This document shows positions 10,476 to 20,272 of a DNA stretch of 64,000 nt, in pieces. Under the pieces are notes generated by a model. The model made no database searches, had not been told where the DNA came from, and saw nothing but the letters and a program-made list of their open reading frames with translations. The translations under genes were made by a program, and so were the position numbers. The stretch is from an uncultured candidatus Brocadiaceae bacterium (GTDB taxonomy: Bacteria > Planctomycetota > Brocadiia > SM23-32). The DNA is taken from the NCBI GenBank assembly GCA_964592385.1, contig CAZQEQ010000003.1, positions 13,759-77,758 of the forward strand, given 5' to 3'. Every line of letters starts with the position of its first letter. Within the stretch, counting starts at the first letter, position 1.

Positions 10476-11873
10476 ATGGATTGGAAGAGGCTTGTCGGCG
10501 TGGCCTTTGTCGTGGGGATGTTATGTGCGGTTCCGACCGCTCTGGCTGCGGAGCCCGCCGGCTCCGAGCTGGCGCCCTCCGAGAGCGCGCTGGTAGAGTG
10601 GTTTCAGGGTGTGACACATCCGGCGGACTGCTTCTGCTGGGGCGGCGACCTCCGCCTGCGCCAGGTTTACTACAAGAACGCCATAGACATGACGGACGAG
10701 GCAGACGACACTTCCCATTTCTTCCGCACCCGTGCGCGGCTGTGGGGCCAGATAATACCTTCCAAGCTATTGGACGGCATGGACTGGGCCGAAGGCATGA
10801 AGCTCTACGTCCGCATGACGGCCGAGCCTCGCTACTTCATGGAAAGGCCCGGTTCGGAGCGGCCCACCTGGGACGAGGTGGTCTATGACAACCTCTACCT
10901 GGACTGGCCCAGGGTCGGCGGGCTGCCCATCTCGGTGCGGATCGGCCGCCAGGACATCCTTTACGGCAGGGGGTTCGTGATCCTCGATGGCACGCCGCTG
11001 GACGGTTCGCGAACCATTTACAGCGACGGCATCAAGGCCACGCTGCACCTGGACGACCAGGCCACGACAATCGACGCCTTCTACATCAACAACAAGGCCA
11101 ACGAGAAGCGTCTCCGTCCCTTCAACGAGACCGGACAGTGGACCAGCGAGTTCGACACCACGCTTGTCGGCGCGTACCTGATCAACAAGTCCATGGAAGG
11201 GCACGAACTGAACGCCTATTACATCTACAAGGACCAGAACTCCACCACCGGCAGCATGTGCCCCGAGATCCTGCACACGGTCGGCGGCCTGGCCCAGGGC
11301 AAGTTGGACTCCAACTACGATTACTACGTCGAGGCAGCCGGCCAGTGGGGCGCCTGCAGGAGGGTGACGGACCCGGAACCGGTGGAAGCATTTGGAGTGA
11401 GCGCCGAGGTCGGCCGCACATGGCCTGACGCCGGCTGGAAGCCGCGGGTCTTCGGCGCTTACGAATACCTCTCGGGCGACGACCCCGACACGAGGAAGGT
11501 CGAAGGCTGGGACCCCGTCCTGGCCAGATGGCCGCACTGGAGCGAGCTGTACGTCTATAGCTGGGCCGCGGAACTCCGCCCGCCGGGCTATTACACGAAC
11601 GTGCAGCGCTTCGCCCTCGGCGCCCAGGCAAAGCCCGGACCCAATACCTCCCTCGCGGTGGATTGGAGCTGGCTCCGAGCGAACGAGCGCACCGGGGGCC
11701 AGGACGGCCACGGCCGGGGCCAACTCGTCACAGCCAAGCTGATCCACAAGTTCAGCGAGTGGGTTTCCGGGCACGTGTGGGTGGAGTACTTCCATCCCTC
11801 CAGCGAGTACTACATGCCCAGTTCGGATGCCGCCGTGTTCGCACGATGGCAACTGGAGATCAAACTGCCCTGA
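10476..11873 (+). CDS. Outer-membrane beta-barrel porin, alginate-export (AlgE-like) family
   Basis: 465 aa with an N-terminal signal peptide (…ALAAEP). Aromatic-rich alternating strands throughout and the sequence ends in a C-terminal aromatic residue pattern. GGGAGGAAGG RBS. Confidence 0.6.
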   Translation: MDWKRLVGVAFVVGMLCAVPTALAAEPAGSELAPSESALVEWFQGVTHPADCFCWGGDLRLRQVYYKNAIDMTDEADDTSHFFRTRARLWGQIIPSKLLDGMDWAEGMKLYVRMTAEPRYFMERPGSERPTWDEVVYDNLYLDWPRVGGLPISVRIGRQDILYGRGFVILDGTPLDGSRTIYSDGIKATLHLDDQATTIDAFYINNKANEKRLRPFNETGQWTSEFDTTLVGAYLINKSMEGHELNAYYIYKDQNSTTGSMCPEILHTVGGLAQGKLDSNYDYYVEAAGQWGACRRVTDPEPVEAFGVSAEVGRTWPDAGWKPRVFGAYEYLSGDDPDTRKVEGWDPVLARWPHWSELYVYSWAAELRPPGYYTNVQRFALGAQAKPGPNTSLAVDWSWLRANERTGGQDGHGRGQLVTAKLIHKFSEWVSGHVWVEYFHPSSEYYMPSSDAAVFARWQLEIKLP

Positions 11874-11897
11874 CGGGCTGTCTTGACCGAACACGAG

Positions 11898-11933
11898 GAC
11901 CGGGCGGCACGCGCGCCGCCCGGTCTTTTTTTT
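11898..11933 (+). terminator. Rho-independent terminator
   Basis: GACCGGGCGGC-ACGCGC-GCCGCCCGGTC hairpin followed by T8, 25 nt after the porin stop. Confidence 0.65.
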
Positions 11934-12039
11934 CGCCGCCGGGGCGACCGCGCCCTGCGCCTGAGCTTACCGTGGACAGCCGCCTCGGCCGTGGCTATGA
12001 TGGCGCATTCCGAAAACGCGAGCACACGGGAGCAAGGGC

Positions 12040-13287
12040 ATGTCCTCAATCCGCGAGTACGTCGCAGCCGAACCTCTGTTCGACAACCACGAGCACCAGG
12101 GAGGCTTCGCCGCCCTGGAGGGGCGCAAGGGTGAACTGGCCTTCCGCGAGTTCGTCGGCTACGCCAACGCCGACGTCGCCACCAGCATGGGTCCCGACTG
12201 CAAGGCCCCTGGCAACCTTTCGGACGAGGAATTCTTCCACTGGTGGTCTTTCGTGCGGACCACCGGATACGGGCAGGCGACGGAGTTGACGTGCCGCTCG
12301 CTCCTCGGCCTCGACTACACGCAGGCGAACGCAGACGCCATCCGTGACGCCCTGGCGGAGTTCGTCCGGGACAGGAACGGAGAGCAGATATACGACGACA
12401 TGCTCGGGCGCGCCAACATCGTGGGCGCCGTCAACGACGCCTGCTGGAACTCCCCCACCGAACTGGACTTCTTCACCGGGCGGGAGCATCCGTCCTACTA
12501 CGGCCATGCGCTCCGCTACGACAACCTGCTCGTCCTGTCGGCCCGCTCCGACATGGAGCGCCTGGAGAGGGCGCTCGACCTCTCGATCCACCGGCTCGCC
12601 GACCTGGACGCGGCGCTTGACGCCTACACCGAGAGGGCCCGGGAGGCCGGCAAGCTGGTCGCGATGAAGTGCGGTCTGGCCTACAGACGGCCGCTGTCGT
12701 TCGAGGGCTCATCCTTCGCAGAAGCGGAGACGGCGTTCGAAGCCGTCATGCAGGAGAGGCCGGCCGACCTTCGCCCGCTCCACGATTACCTGTTCCATCG
12801 GTTCGTGCAGCGCGCGGCCGAGTTCGGCCTGCCCGTGCAGGTGCACACGGGCTACCTGGCCGGCAACTGGGGGATGCTGGGCCAGACGAATCCGGAACTC
12901 CTCATCCCCATCCTCCGGCGCTACAAGAACGTCCGCTTCGACCTGTTCCACGCGGGCTGGCCCTACTCGGAAGTGGCCGGCGCCATCGGCAAAGAGTTCC
13001 CGAACGTCTGGCTGGACCTCTGCTGGGCCTGGACGATGAACCCCGCGCAGATGGAGCGCATCCTGTCCGAATGGCTCGCCGCCGTGCCGCACAACAAGGT
13101 ATTCGCCTTCGGCGGCGACACAGGGTCACCCTTCCCCATGCTGGGCTACGCCCTTCAGGCGCGGGACGGCATCGCCAACGTCCTGGCCGAGGCGGTGGAG
13201 CGTGGCCGCTACGACGAGGCCACGGCACAGCAGGTGGCGCGGCGCATCATGCACGCCAACGCGCGCGAGTTCTACCGCGTGGATTGA
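12040..13287 (+). CDS. Amidohydrolase-2 family metal-dependent hydrolase (TIM barrel)
   Basis: 415 aa with an N-terminal HEHQ metal-binding motif, and conserved His and Asp residues later. GGGAG RBS. Confidence 0.7.
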   Translation: MSSIREYVAAEPLFDNHEHQGGFAALEGRKGELAFREFVGYANADVATSMGPDCKAPGNLSDEEFFHWWSFVRTTGYGQATELTCRSLLGLDYTQANADAIRDALAEFVRDRNGEQIYDDMLGRANIVGAVNDACWNSPTELDFFTGREHPSYYGHALRYDNLLVLSARSDMERLERALDLSIHRLADLDAALDAYTERAREAGKLVAMKCGLAYRRPLSFEGSSFAEAETAFEAVMQERPADLRPLHDYLFHRFVQRAAEFGLPVQVHTGYLAGNWGMLGQTNPELLIPILRRYKNVRFDLFHAGWPYSEVAGAIGKEFPNVWLDLCWAWTMNPAQMERILSEWLAAVPHNKVFAFGGDTGSPFPMLGYALQARDGIANVLAEAVERGRYDEATAQQVARRIMHANAREFYRVD

Positions 13288-13367
13288 CGGGCGCCGCGTT
13301 TGACCCTCGCCGGCCGCGGGGCTATACTGTGCCGCCTGCTTGTCGGATCAAAGGAGGGCGGCCCGGG

Positions 13368-14660
13368 ATGAAGGTGCTGGTCGTCGGCGGTGGCGGCAGG
13401 GAACATGCTCTGGCCTGGAAGATAGCGGACTCCCCCCTGGTGGACCGGATCTTCTGCGCGCCCGGCAACGCGGGCATCGCCGAACTGGCCGAGTGCGTGA
13501 ACATCGAGGCGACGGACGTCCTGAACCTGCGCCGGTTCGCCCGCGAGAACAGCGTTGACCTGACCGTCGTCGGCCCGGAAGCGCCGCTGGTCAAGGGCAT
13601 CGTGGACGCGTTCGGCGGCTCGGGACTCCGGGTCTTCGGCCCCACGCAGCAGGCCGCCCGGATCGAAGGCAGCAAGGTCTTCGCCAAGCAGCTCATGCAG
13701 CGCAACGGGATCCCGACGGCCGAGTTCCGCACCTTCACCGCCCCCGACCGGGCCAAGGCGTACCTGGACATGGTCGGCGCGCCCATCGTGGTCAAGGCGG
13801 ACGGCCTGGCCGCCGGCAAGGCGGCCATCGTCTGCCAGGACCTGGAGGAGGCCTACGAGGCGGTCAACCGGATCATGGTCCGCAAGGAGTTCGGCGACGC
13901 GGGCGCCCAGGTCGTCATTGAAAGCTGCCTCGCCGGTGAAGAGGCGAGCATGATCGCTTTCACCGACGGCCGGACGATCGCCGTCATGCCCTCCTCCCAG
14001 GATCACAAGCCCGCCTACGACGGCGACCAGGGCCCCAACACCGGCGGCATGGGCGCTTACAGCCCCGCGCCCGTCGTCACGGACGAGCTGGCAGCGTTTA
14101 TCGAGCGCGACGTCCTCGTCCAAACCGTCCATGCAATGAACCGCGAGGACAAGCCCTACCGGGGCGTGCTCTACGCGGGCATCATGGTCACCGAAGACGG
14201 CCCCAGGGTGCTGGAATACAACTGCCGCATGGGCGACCCCGAGACCCAGCCGCTCCTGATGCGACTTGAGAGCGACATCGTTCCCGTCCTTCTGGCGATA
14301 ATCGACGGGACACTCGCGGACGCCGACATCCGCTGGGACCCGAGGCCCACCATCTGCGTGGTCATGGCCTCGGGCGGATACCCTGTCGGCTACCAGAAGG
14401 GCTTCCCCATCGAAGGCCTGGACGACGCGGCGAAGATGGCGGACGTCGTCGTCTTTCACGCCGGCACGAGCCGCGACGAGGACCAGGTCGTGACCAGCGG
14501 CGGCCGCGTGCTCGGCGTCACGGCGCGGGGCGAGACGATCCGGCAGGCCAGGGACCGCGCCTACGAGGCCGTCTCGAGGATACACTTCGACGGCGCCCAC
14601 TACCGCACCGACATCGGCCAGAAGGCCATCGCCCGCATGTCGGCCGGGGAACCCGAATAG
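13368..14660 (+). CDS. purD: Phosphoribosylamine-glycine ligase
   Basis: Start at the ATG after AAAGGAGGG, not the track start at 12669. MKVLVVGGGGREHALAWK N-terminus and ATP-grasp motifs. Confidence 0.9.
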   Translation: MKVLVVGGGGREHALAWKIADSPLVDRIFCAPGNAGIAELAECVNIEATDVLNLRRFARENSVDLTVVGPEAPLVKGIVDAFGGSGLRVFGPTQQAARIEGSKVFAKQLMQRNGIPTAEFRTFTAPDRAKAYLDMVGAPIVVKADGLAAGKAAIVCQDLEEAYEAVNRIMVRKEFGDAGAQVVIESCLAGEEASMIAFTDGRTIAVMPSSQDHKPAYDGDQGPNTGGMGAYSPAPVVTDELAAFIERDVLVQTVHAMNREDKPYRGVLYAGIMVTEDGPRVLEYNCRMGDPETQPLLMRLESDIVPVLLAIIDGTLADADIRWDPRPTICVVMASGGYPVGYQKGFPIEGLDDAAKMADVVVFHAGTSRDEDQVVTSGGRVLGVTARGETIRQARDRAYEAVSRIHFDGAHYRTDIGQKAIARMSAGEPE

Positions 14661-14663
14661 TCC

Positions 14664-15320
14664 TCATTCCGCGCCGCCGACGGACAGGTCCACGATGATC
14701 GGCCGGTGATCGGACCGGAGCGCCGGCCCCGTCTCGAAGCCGTCCACGCCGACCTCCCCGGACACCAGGCAGTGGTCAATGGGGATGAGCAGGGGCCGGA
14801 AGAAAGCCGGCCAGGTCGGCCGGAGGCCGTGTCCGGCCCGCCCGTCCCGCAGGCCGCCCTCGCGGAGGAGACGCCCGAAATACGGGGACCACGGCGTCAT
14901 ATTCAGGTCCCCGACCACGACGAGGGGCTTCGCCGCCGAGGCGCAGACGGCCGCCAGGTCCGCCAACTGCCCGCTGCGGCAGGCCGCGTGGGCCGCGCTC
15001 ACGGGCGGGAATACGCGCGCGGCGACGTACAGCGGGGCCACGAAGACGAGGTTGAGCGCGGCAAAGGCCAGGGCGAGAAAGCCGAAAAGGCGTCTCCTGC
15101 CCGCCAGCAAGGCGAGGCCGGCGACCGTCAGAAGGACCAGGTACTGCACGCGGAAGTGGGCCGCCAGCTCGAACCGCCACCAGAGCCGCGCCAGGAATCC
15201 CGCGACCGTGCAGGCCGCGACGACCGCTACCCCGGCGGACGCGAGCCCCAGAAGCGTAACGAGGGCGCCGCGCCGCGCCCTGCCGTCGGGCCGGGCCTCT
15301 GGTGGAGCCGTCGCCGCCAC
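14664..15320 (-). CDS. Membrane-anchored endonuclease/exonuclease/phosphatase (EEP)-family protein, apparently truncated
   Basis: About 100 aa of TM helices followed by only the C-terminal EEP motifs (VVGDLN, SDHRP). The N-terminal catalytic half is absent. Confidence 0.55.
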   Translation of the reverse strand: MAATAPPEARPDGRARRGALVTLLGLASAGVAVVAACTVAGFLARLWWRFELAAHFRVQYLVLLTVAGLALLAGRRRLFGFLALAFAALNLVFVAPLYVAARVFPPVSAAHAACRSGQLADLAAVCASAAKPLVVVGDLNMTPWSPYFGRLLREGGLRDGRAGHGLRPTWPAFFRPLLIPIDHCLVSGEVGVDGFETGPALRSDHRPIIVDLSVGGAE

Positions 15321-15329
15321 TGCCGCGCC

Positions 15330-16496
15330 TCAGTGCAGGAACCACCGCATGCCGGAGTGCACCATCACCATCCCGTACTGGTCGGCCGCCGCCGTGACGT
15401 CCTCGTCCCTGGCCGACCCGCCCGGCTGGAGGACGTACTGCACGTTGGTGCGGCTGGCCCGGTCTATGCTGTCGCGGAACGGGAAGAACGCGTCGGAACT
15501 GATGCAGATCCCCTCGATGCCGGCGACCCATTCCTGCCGTTCCTCGAGCGTCAACGGCTTCGACTCCGTCGTCAGGCCACCGAGCATCTGCTCCTTCTCG
15601 ACTTCCGAAAGCTCGTCCCACAGCAGGAACTGGTCGACGATGTTGGTCCTCTCGGGTCGGCCCAGGTCGCCCCTGAACTTCAGGCCCAGCACGCGCGGAT
15701 GCATCTGAAGGAGCCATTTCTCGGCCTTCGCGCAGGCCAGGCGCGTGCAGTGAATCCGCGACTGCTGCCCCGCCCCCATGCCGATCACCTGGCCGTCACA
15801 GGCCACGCAGACCGAGTTCGACTGCGTGTACTTCAGGGCGATCGTCGCCACCAACAACGTCTCGACTACGTCTTCCGGCACCTCCGTCGCGGCGGTGACG
15901 ACGTTGGCGAGCAGGTCCCGCGTCACCTGCGCCGTGTTCCTCTGCTCCTCCAGCCTCATCCCGAAGGCGTCCCGGTACTCCATGTCGGGCGGCTCGTAGT
16001 CCGGGTCGATCTCCAGGACGAGATACTTGCTCCCCTTCTTGCCCTTCAGCATATCGAGGGCGTCCGGCTCGTAGGCGGGCGCGATGATGCCGTCCGAGAC
16101 CTCACGGGCCAGGACGCCGGCCAGCGAGGCATCCACCCTGTCGCTGACGGCGGCCATGTCGCCGAACGAGGAGAGCCTGTCCGCCCCGCGCGCGCGCACG
16201 TAGGCGGCAGCAACCGGCGAAAGCTCCTCCTCCGGCAGCATCTGCGAGCGGCGGAACTCATCGGATAAGGGCCTGGCGACAGCGGCGCCGGCCGGGCTGA
16301 CGTGCTTGAACGAAGCCGCACCCGGCGCGCCGGTCGCCTCCTTCAGCTCCCGGGCCAGCGGCCAGGCGCCCAGCGCGTCCAGGATGTTGATGTAGCCCGG
16401 CGCGCCGTTCAGCACGCGCAGGGGGCCCTGCCCTTCCATGATCAGCCGTGCGGACTTCTGATGCGGGTTCAGACCGTACTTCAGCGCTATCTCCAT
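15330..16496 (-). CDS. purH: AICAR formyltransferase, stand-alone PurH C-terminal (AICARFT) domain
   Basis: 388 aa beginning MEIALKYGLNPHQ, which is the AICARFT-domain signature. No MGS-like IMP cyclohydrolase domain. AGGAG RBS. Confidence 0.8.
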   Translation of the reverse strand: MEIALKYGLNPHQKSARLIMEGQGPLRVLNGAPGYINILDALGAWPLARELKEATGAPGAASFKHVSPAGAAVARPLSDEFRRSQMLPEEELSPVAAAYVRARGADRLSSFGDMAAVSDRVDASLAGVLAREVSDGIIAPAYEPDALDMLKGKKGSKYLVLEIDPDYEPPDMEYRDAFGMRLEEQRNTAQVTRDLLANVVTAATEVPEDVVETLLVATIALKYTQSNSVCVACDGQVIGMGAGQQSRIHCTRLACAKAEKWLLQMHPRVLGLKFRGDLGRPERTNIVDQFLLWDELSEVEKEQMLGGLTTESKPLTLEERQEWVAGIEGICISSDAFFPFRDSIDRASRTNVQYVLQPGGSARDEDVTAAADQYGMVMVHSGMRWFLH

Positions 16497-16585
16497 TCAG
16501 GCGTCTCCTGGTCGGTGAAAAAGCCCTGCAAACTCCAACGTCAGCGCGCCGGCCGACCGGCCCGGCCGCCGAAATCGACGGGACG

Positions 16586-18679
16586 CTATTCCGACCCGTC
16601 CGCCGTCTCGATCACGTAGAGGTCCGCAAAGCGCTCCGCGAAGAGCCGGTAGATCCAGCCGCAGAGCGACTTGCGGTTCAGACGAACCGCCTCGTCCTCA
16701 ACGTTTACGAAGACTTCCTCGAAGAAATCGTGTACAAGCCCGGCGAAGACGGAACAGTAACGTTCGGCGGCCTCCACGTACTCGCCGTCGTCAAAGAGCC
16801 GCTCGATTGTCTCGCGATTGCCCTCCAGCGCGGCCGCCAGCTCCCTCTCCAGCGGCTCCTGGAGGAGCTCTCCGTTAACGGGCAGGATGCCGTCCGCGTC
16901 GCGCTGGATGCGGTACGTCCTGTCAACCAGCTCCACCAACGCGGGCCACCAGTCGCGCCCAGAGCATTCGGCCAGAGCCTCCAGCCTCGCCCAGAAACCG
17001 GCCACGTCCTCGTGTCCCGCTGCCAGCGCGGCGCGGACGAAGTCGTGGCGGTACCCCCTGTCCAGGGCCGCGTGGTAGAGCCTGTCCCGGAAGAACTCTC
17101 CCACGCCGGCCGCCGCCTCGTCGTCGCAGCGGATGTCGTGCCCGGCGGCGACCTGCCGGGCCGCCTCCACAAGCTCGCCCAGGTGGAGGCCCGGCCCCTT
17201 CTTCTCGATTATCAACAGGATGCCCAGCGCGTTGCGGCGCAGGGCGTAGGGGTCCTGCGAGCCCTTGGGCAGCAGACCCAGCGAGAAGCAGCCGATGATG
17301 ACGTCCAGCCTGTCGGCGAGCGCGACCGCGCAGCCCTCCGGCGAGCCGGGCAGGGCGCTCTCCGCCCCGGCCGGCAGGTAGTGGTCGGCGATGGCCTGCG
17401 CCACGGCCTCCGGCTCGCCGTGGGCGCGCGCCAGCTCGCGGCCGACGACGCCCTGTAGGCTCGGGAACTCGCCGACCAGGCCCGTCAGCAGGTCCGCCTT
17501 GCACAGGTGCGCGGCCCGGCGCACGTCCTCGGCTGAGACGTCGCCGCCCATCATCCCCGCGACCCGCGCGCCCAGTTCGACCAGGCGCTCGGTCCTCTGC
17601 AGGTTGCTGCCCAGACCGCCCAGGAACACGACGCCGCCCAGCTGCGGCACCAGGTCATCCAGGTTCGTCCCGCGGTCCTGATCCCAGTAGAACCTGGCGT
17701 CCTCCAGCCGGGCACGCAGCACCCGCTCGTTGCCGGTCCGGACCAGGTCGTCCTGCTCGGCTGTCCGGTTGGAGACGGTGATGAAGCGCGGCAGCATCCG
17801 TCCCTCGCCGTCGCGGACCGGGAAGTATCGCTGATGCTCCTTCATGGCGGCCGTGAGCACTGCGTCGGGGACGTCCAGGAATCCGCCGTCGAACGACCCC
17901 TCGACGGCGTGCGGCCACTCGACCAGGTTCGTCACCTCGCGCAGCAGGTCCTCGTCGTCGAGCCGGGAGCCGTGCCCCTCCAGGACGGCGTTGATTTCGG
18001 CGCGGACGGCCTCCCGCCGCTCCCCGACGTCGGCCATGACGCGGGCGGCGCGGAGGGCGTCGAGGTAGGCGTCCCACGATGCACCCTTCAGCTCGATGGG
18101 GTCGGGCGCCAGGAACGGGTGGCCGGCCGTCGCCCTGCCGGCCTCGACGCCCGCGATGGCCAGCGGGAGCACCCGGTCGTCGAGCAGCGCCACCAGCCGG
18201 CGGATGGGCCGGGCAAACGTGAAGCCGCTTGCCTCCCATCGCATGGACTTGGGGAAGACGGCCGCCGCCGTCGCCTCGCGAAGCAACTGCGGCAGCAGGT
18301 CCGCGGCCAGCCGGCCGGCCTCCTCCCGCACGACGACCACATACGGGCCCTTCTCAGTTTCCTCGACGCGCAGGTCGTCCACGGCGACTCCCCTGGAGGC
18401 AGCAAAGCCGCGCGCCGCGTCGGTGGGGTTGCCGTCCGAATCTAAGGCCACCCTGGCCGGGGGCCCGACGGTGCGAACCTGCCGGGCGGGCTGGCACTCG
18501 GGGATGCCCTCGACAGCGACCGCCATGCGCCGGGGCGTGCCAGCGGTGCGGACCCGGCCGGGGGGGAGATAGAGTTCCTCCAACCCGGCCCGCACGGCCT
18601 CCGCGAACTGCGCGAGGCCGGGCTCCAGGTAGCCGGCCGGCAGTTCCTCGGTTCCGATCTCGTAGAGCAGGTCAGCCAT
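16586..18679 (-). CDS. glyS: Glycine-tRNA ligase beta subunit
   Basis: Start taken at MADLLYEIGTEELPAGY, the canonical GlyS N-terminus. The track start lies 123 nt further upstream. Confidence 0.9.
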   Translation of the reverse strand: MADLLYEIGTEELPAGYLEPGLAQFAEAVRAGLEELYLPPGRVRTAGTPRRMAVAVEGIPECQPARQVRTVGPPARVALDSDGNPTDAARGFAASRGVAVDDLRVEETEKGPYVVVVREEAGRLAADLLPQLLREATAAAVFPKSMRWEASGFTFARPIRRLVALLDDRVLPLAIAGVEAGRATAGHPFLAPDPIELKGASWDAYLDALRAARVMADVGERREAVRAEINAVLEGHGSRLDDEDLLREVTNLVEWPHAVEGSFDGGFLDVPDAVLTAAMKEHQRYFPVRDGEGRMLPRFITVSNRTAEQDDLVRTGNERVLRARLEDARFYWDQDRGTNLDDLVPQLGGVVFLGGLGSNLQRTERLVELGARVAGMMGGDVSAEDVRRAAHLCKADLLTGLVGEFPSLQGVVGRELARAHGEPEAVAQAIADHYLPAGAESALPGSPEGCAVALADRLDVIIGCFSLGLLPKGSQDPYALRRNALGILLIIEKKGPGLHLGELVEAARQVAAGHDIRCDDEAAAGVGEFFRDRLYHAALDRGYRHDFVRAALAAGHEDVAGFWARLEALAECSGRDWWPALVELVDRTYRIQRDADGILPVNGELLQEPLERELAAALEGNRETIERLFDDGEYVEAAERYCSVFAGLVHDFFEEVFVNVEDEAVRLNRKSLCGWIYRLFAERFADLYVIETADGSE

Positions 18680-18695
18680 TTGCACGGGGTACGGC

Positions 18696-19169
18696 TCACA
18701 CGGGCATTCCGATGATGGTGCCCTCGTAAACCATCCTTCCTTCCACGAAGGCCTGGCAGTCGAAGACGGCGCGGCGCGGACCCAGTTCGGTCCGTTTGGC
18801 AACCAGGATCAGCCGGTCCCCTGGCGCGACGGGACGGCGGAACTTGACGGACTCCATGCCGCCGAACCCCAGGAAACGCTCGTGGTGCGTGGTCTCGTGG
18901 TAGACGTAGCTGCACAACTGGGCCACCGCCTCGCACATCAGAACCCCAGGCAGCAAGGGCCTGCCGGGGATGTGCCCCCGGACCCAGAACTCGTCTTCCT
19001 TTACGTCCTTGAACCCCACCGCCACCCCCTCGTCCAGGTCGAGGTGGACGATGCCGTTGAGCTGCTCCATCTCGAAGCGCTGCGGATTGCGGCGACGGAT
19101 CTCCTCCGGCCCGGCCACCACGCGGGACAGGTCAATCGAGTCCAGGTCTATCAGCGCTCTGGGGGGCAT
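18696..19169 (-). CDS. fabZ: 3-hydroxyacyl-ACP dehydratase (FabZ/FabA hot-dog fold)
   Basis: Start at MPPRALIDLD, after a GGGAGG RBS. Contains GHIPGRPLLPGVLMCEAVAQ, the FabZ active-site region. Confidence 0.8.
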   Translation of the reverse strand: MPPRALIDLDSIDLSRVVAGPEEIRRRNPQRFEMEQLNGIVHLDLDEGVAVGFKDVKEDEFWVRGHIPGRPLLPGVLMCEAVAQLCSYVYHETTHHERFLGFGGMESVKFRRPVAPGDRLILVAKRTELGPRRAVFDCQAFVEGRMVYEGTIIGMPV

Positions 19170-19327
19170 GGGACCTCCCGAAAGAGAAACGGACGCCGTT
19201 CGCCGGGCGAGAGGGGATTTTAGCCGCCGTACGGTCAGGATGCAAGGGACCGGAGCCGCGCCTTGCCTGTGGCAGTCGCGCGGGATAGAATCAAGGGTTC
19301 TCATGCTCTCTGTGGCACGCGCTGCTC

Positions 19328-20272
19328 ATGCCCCCTGTCACGAAAGCCGTTATCCCGGCCGCCGGTCTCGGCACGCGGCAGTATCCCGCCACGTCCTGCG
19401 TCCGCAAGGAACTGTTCCCGCTCGTGGACAGGGACGGTTACACGAAGCCCGCCATTCACCTGGCGGTGGAGGAGGCGCTGGCGGCGGGCGTCGAGGAGGT
19501 CTGCCTGGTGTGCCAGCCCGACGCGGCGGGGGAGTTCAGGCGGTACTTCTCGGCCATGCCGGAGCAGTGGCGGGCCCGCTACGAGGACAAGCAGTGGGCG
19601 CAGGAGTGGTCGGCGCGGCTCCGGCGGATGGGCGAGCGACTGGCGTTCGTCGAGCAGCCGACGCAGGACGGCCTCGGCCACGCCGTCTGGTGCGCGCGCG
19701 ACTGGCTCGGGCGGGAGCCGTTCCTGGTGCTGCTGGGCGACCACGTGTACGTCAGCCGGACGGGCAAGTCCTGCGCGGCCCAGCTCATCGAGGCGTTCTC
19801 GGACGCCAGCGTGACGGCACTTGCGCTCATCCCGGAGGACCAGGTGCATGGGTTCGGCCTCATTCGGTCCCGTCCGGCCGACACGGACGCGCGCTTGCTG
19901 CGGGCTGATGGGTTTGTCGAGAAGCCGCCGATTGACGTGGCCCGGCGCGAGTGCCGGGCCGTGGGCGCGCCGGACGGCTGCTACCTGGGCCACTTCGGCA
20001 TGCACGTTTTCACGCCCGGGATCCTGGACGTGCTCGACGAGATGGTCCGGGCGGACCGGCGGGACAACGGCGAGTTCCAACTCACCACGGCCCAGGACAC
20101 CCTCTGCGGGCGGGAGCCGTACTTCGGCCTGGTCATCGAGGGCGCCCGTTTCGACATCGGCACCCCCCTGGGCCTGCTGGAGGCCCAGATGGCGCTTGCG
20201 CTGGCCGGCGACCTGCGCGCCGAATCGGAACGTCTCTGGTCGCTCCTCTCGCAGGAGTCCGAAGGCGCATGA
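19328..20272 (+). CDS. galU: UTP-glucose-1-phosphate uridylyltransferase (GalU-like sugar nucleotidyltransferase)
   Basis: KAVIPAAGLGTR N-terminal nucleotidyltransferase motif. 314 aa. Confidence 0.8.
   Translation: MPPVTKAVIPAAGLGTRQYPATSCVRKELFPLVDRDGYTKPAIHLAVEEALAAGVEEVCLVCQPDAAGEFRRYFSAMPEQWRARYEDKQWAQEWSARLRRMGERLAFVEQPTQDGLGHAVWCARDWLGREPFLVLLGDHVYVSRTGKSCAAQLIEAFSDASVTALALIPEDQVHGFGLIRSRPADTDARLLRADGFVEKPPIDVARRECRAVGAPDGCYLGHFGMHVFTPGILDVLDEMVRADRRDNGEFQLTTAQDTLCGREPYFGLVIEGARFDIGTPLGLLEAQMALALAGDLRAESERLWSLLSQESEGA

Noticed and set aside
19300-19330. TGGCACG...TGC sequence just upstream of galU resembling a sigma-54 -24/-12 promoter
   Set aside because: The GG-to-GC spacing is 2 nt short of the strict -24/-12 geometry. 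It also abuts the start codon, leaving no room for a transcript leader or RBS.
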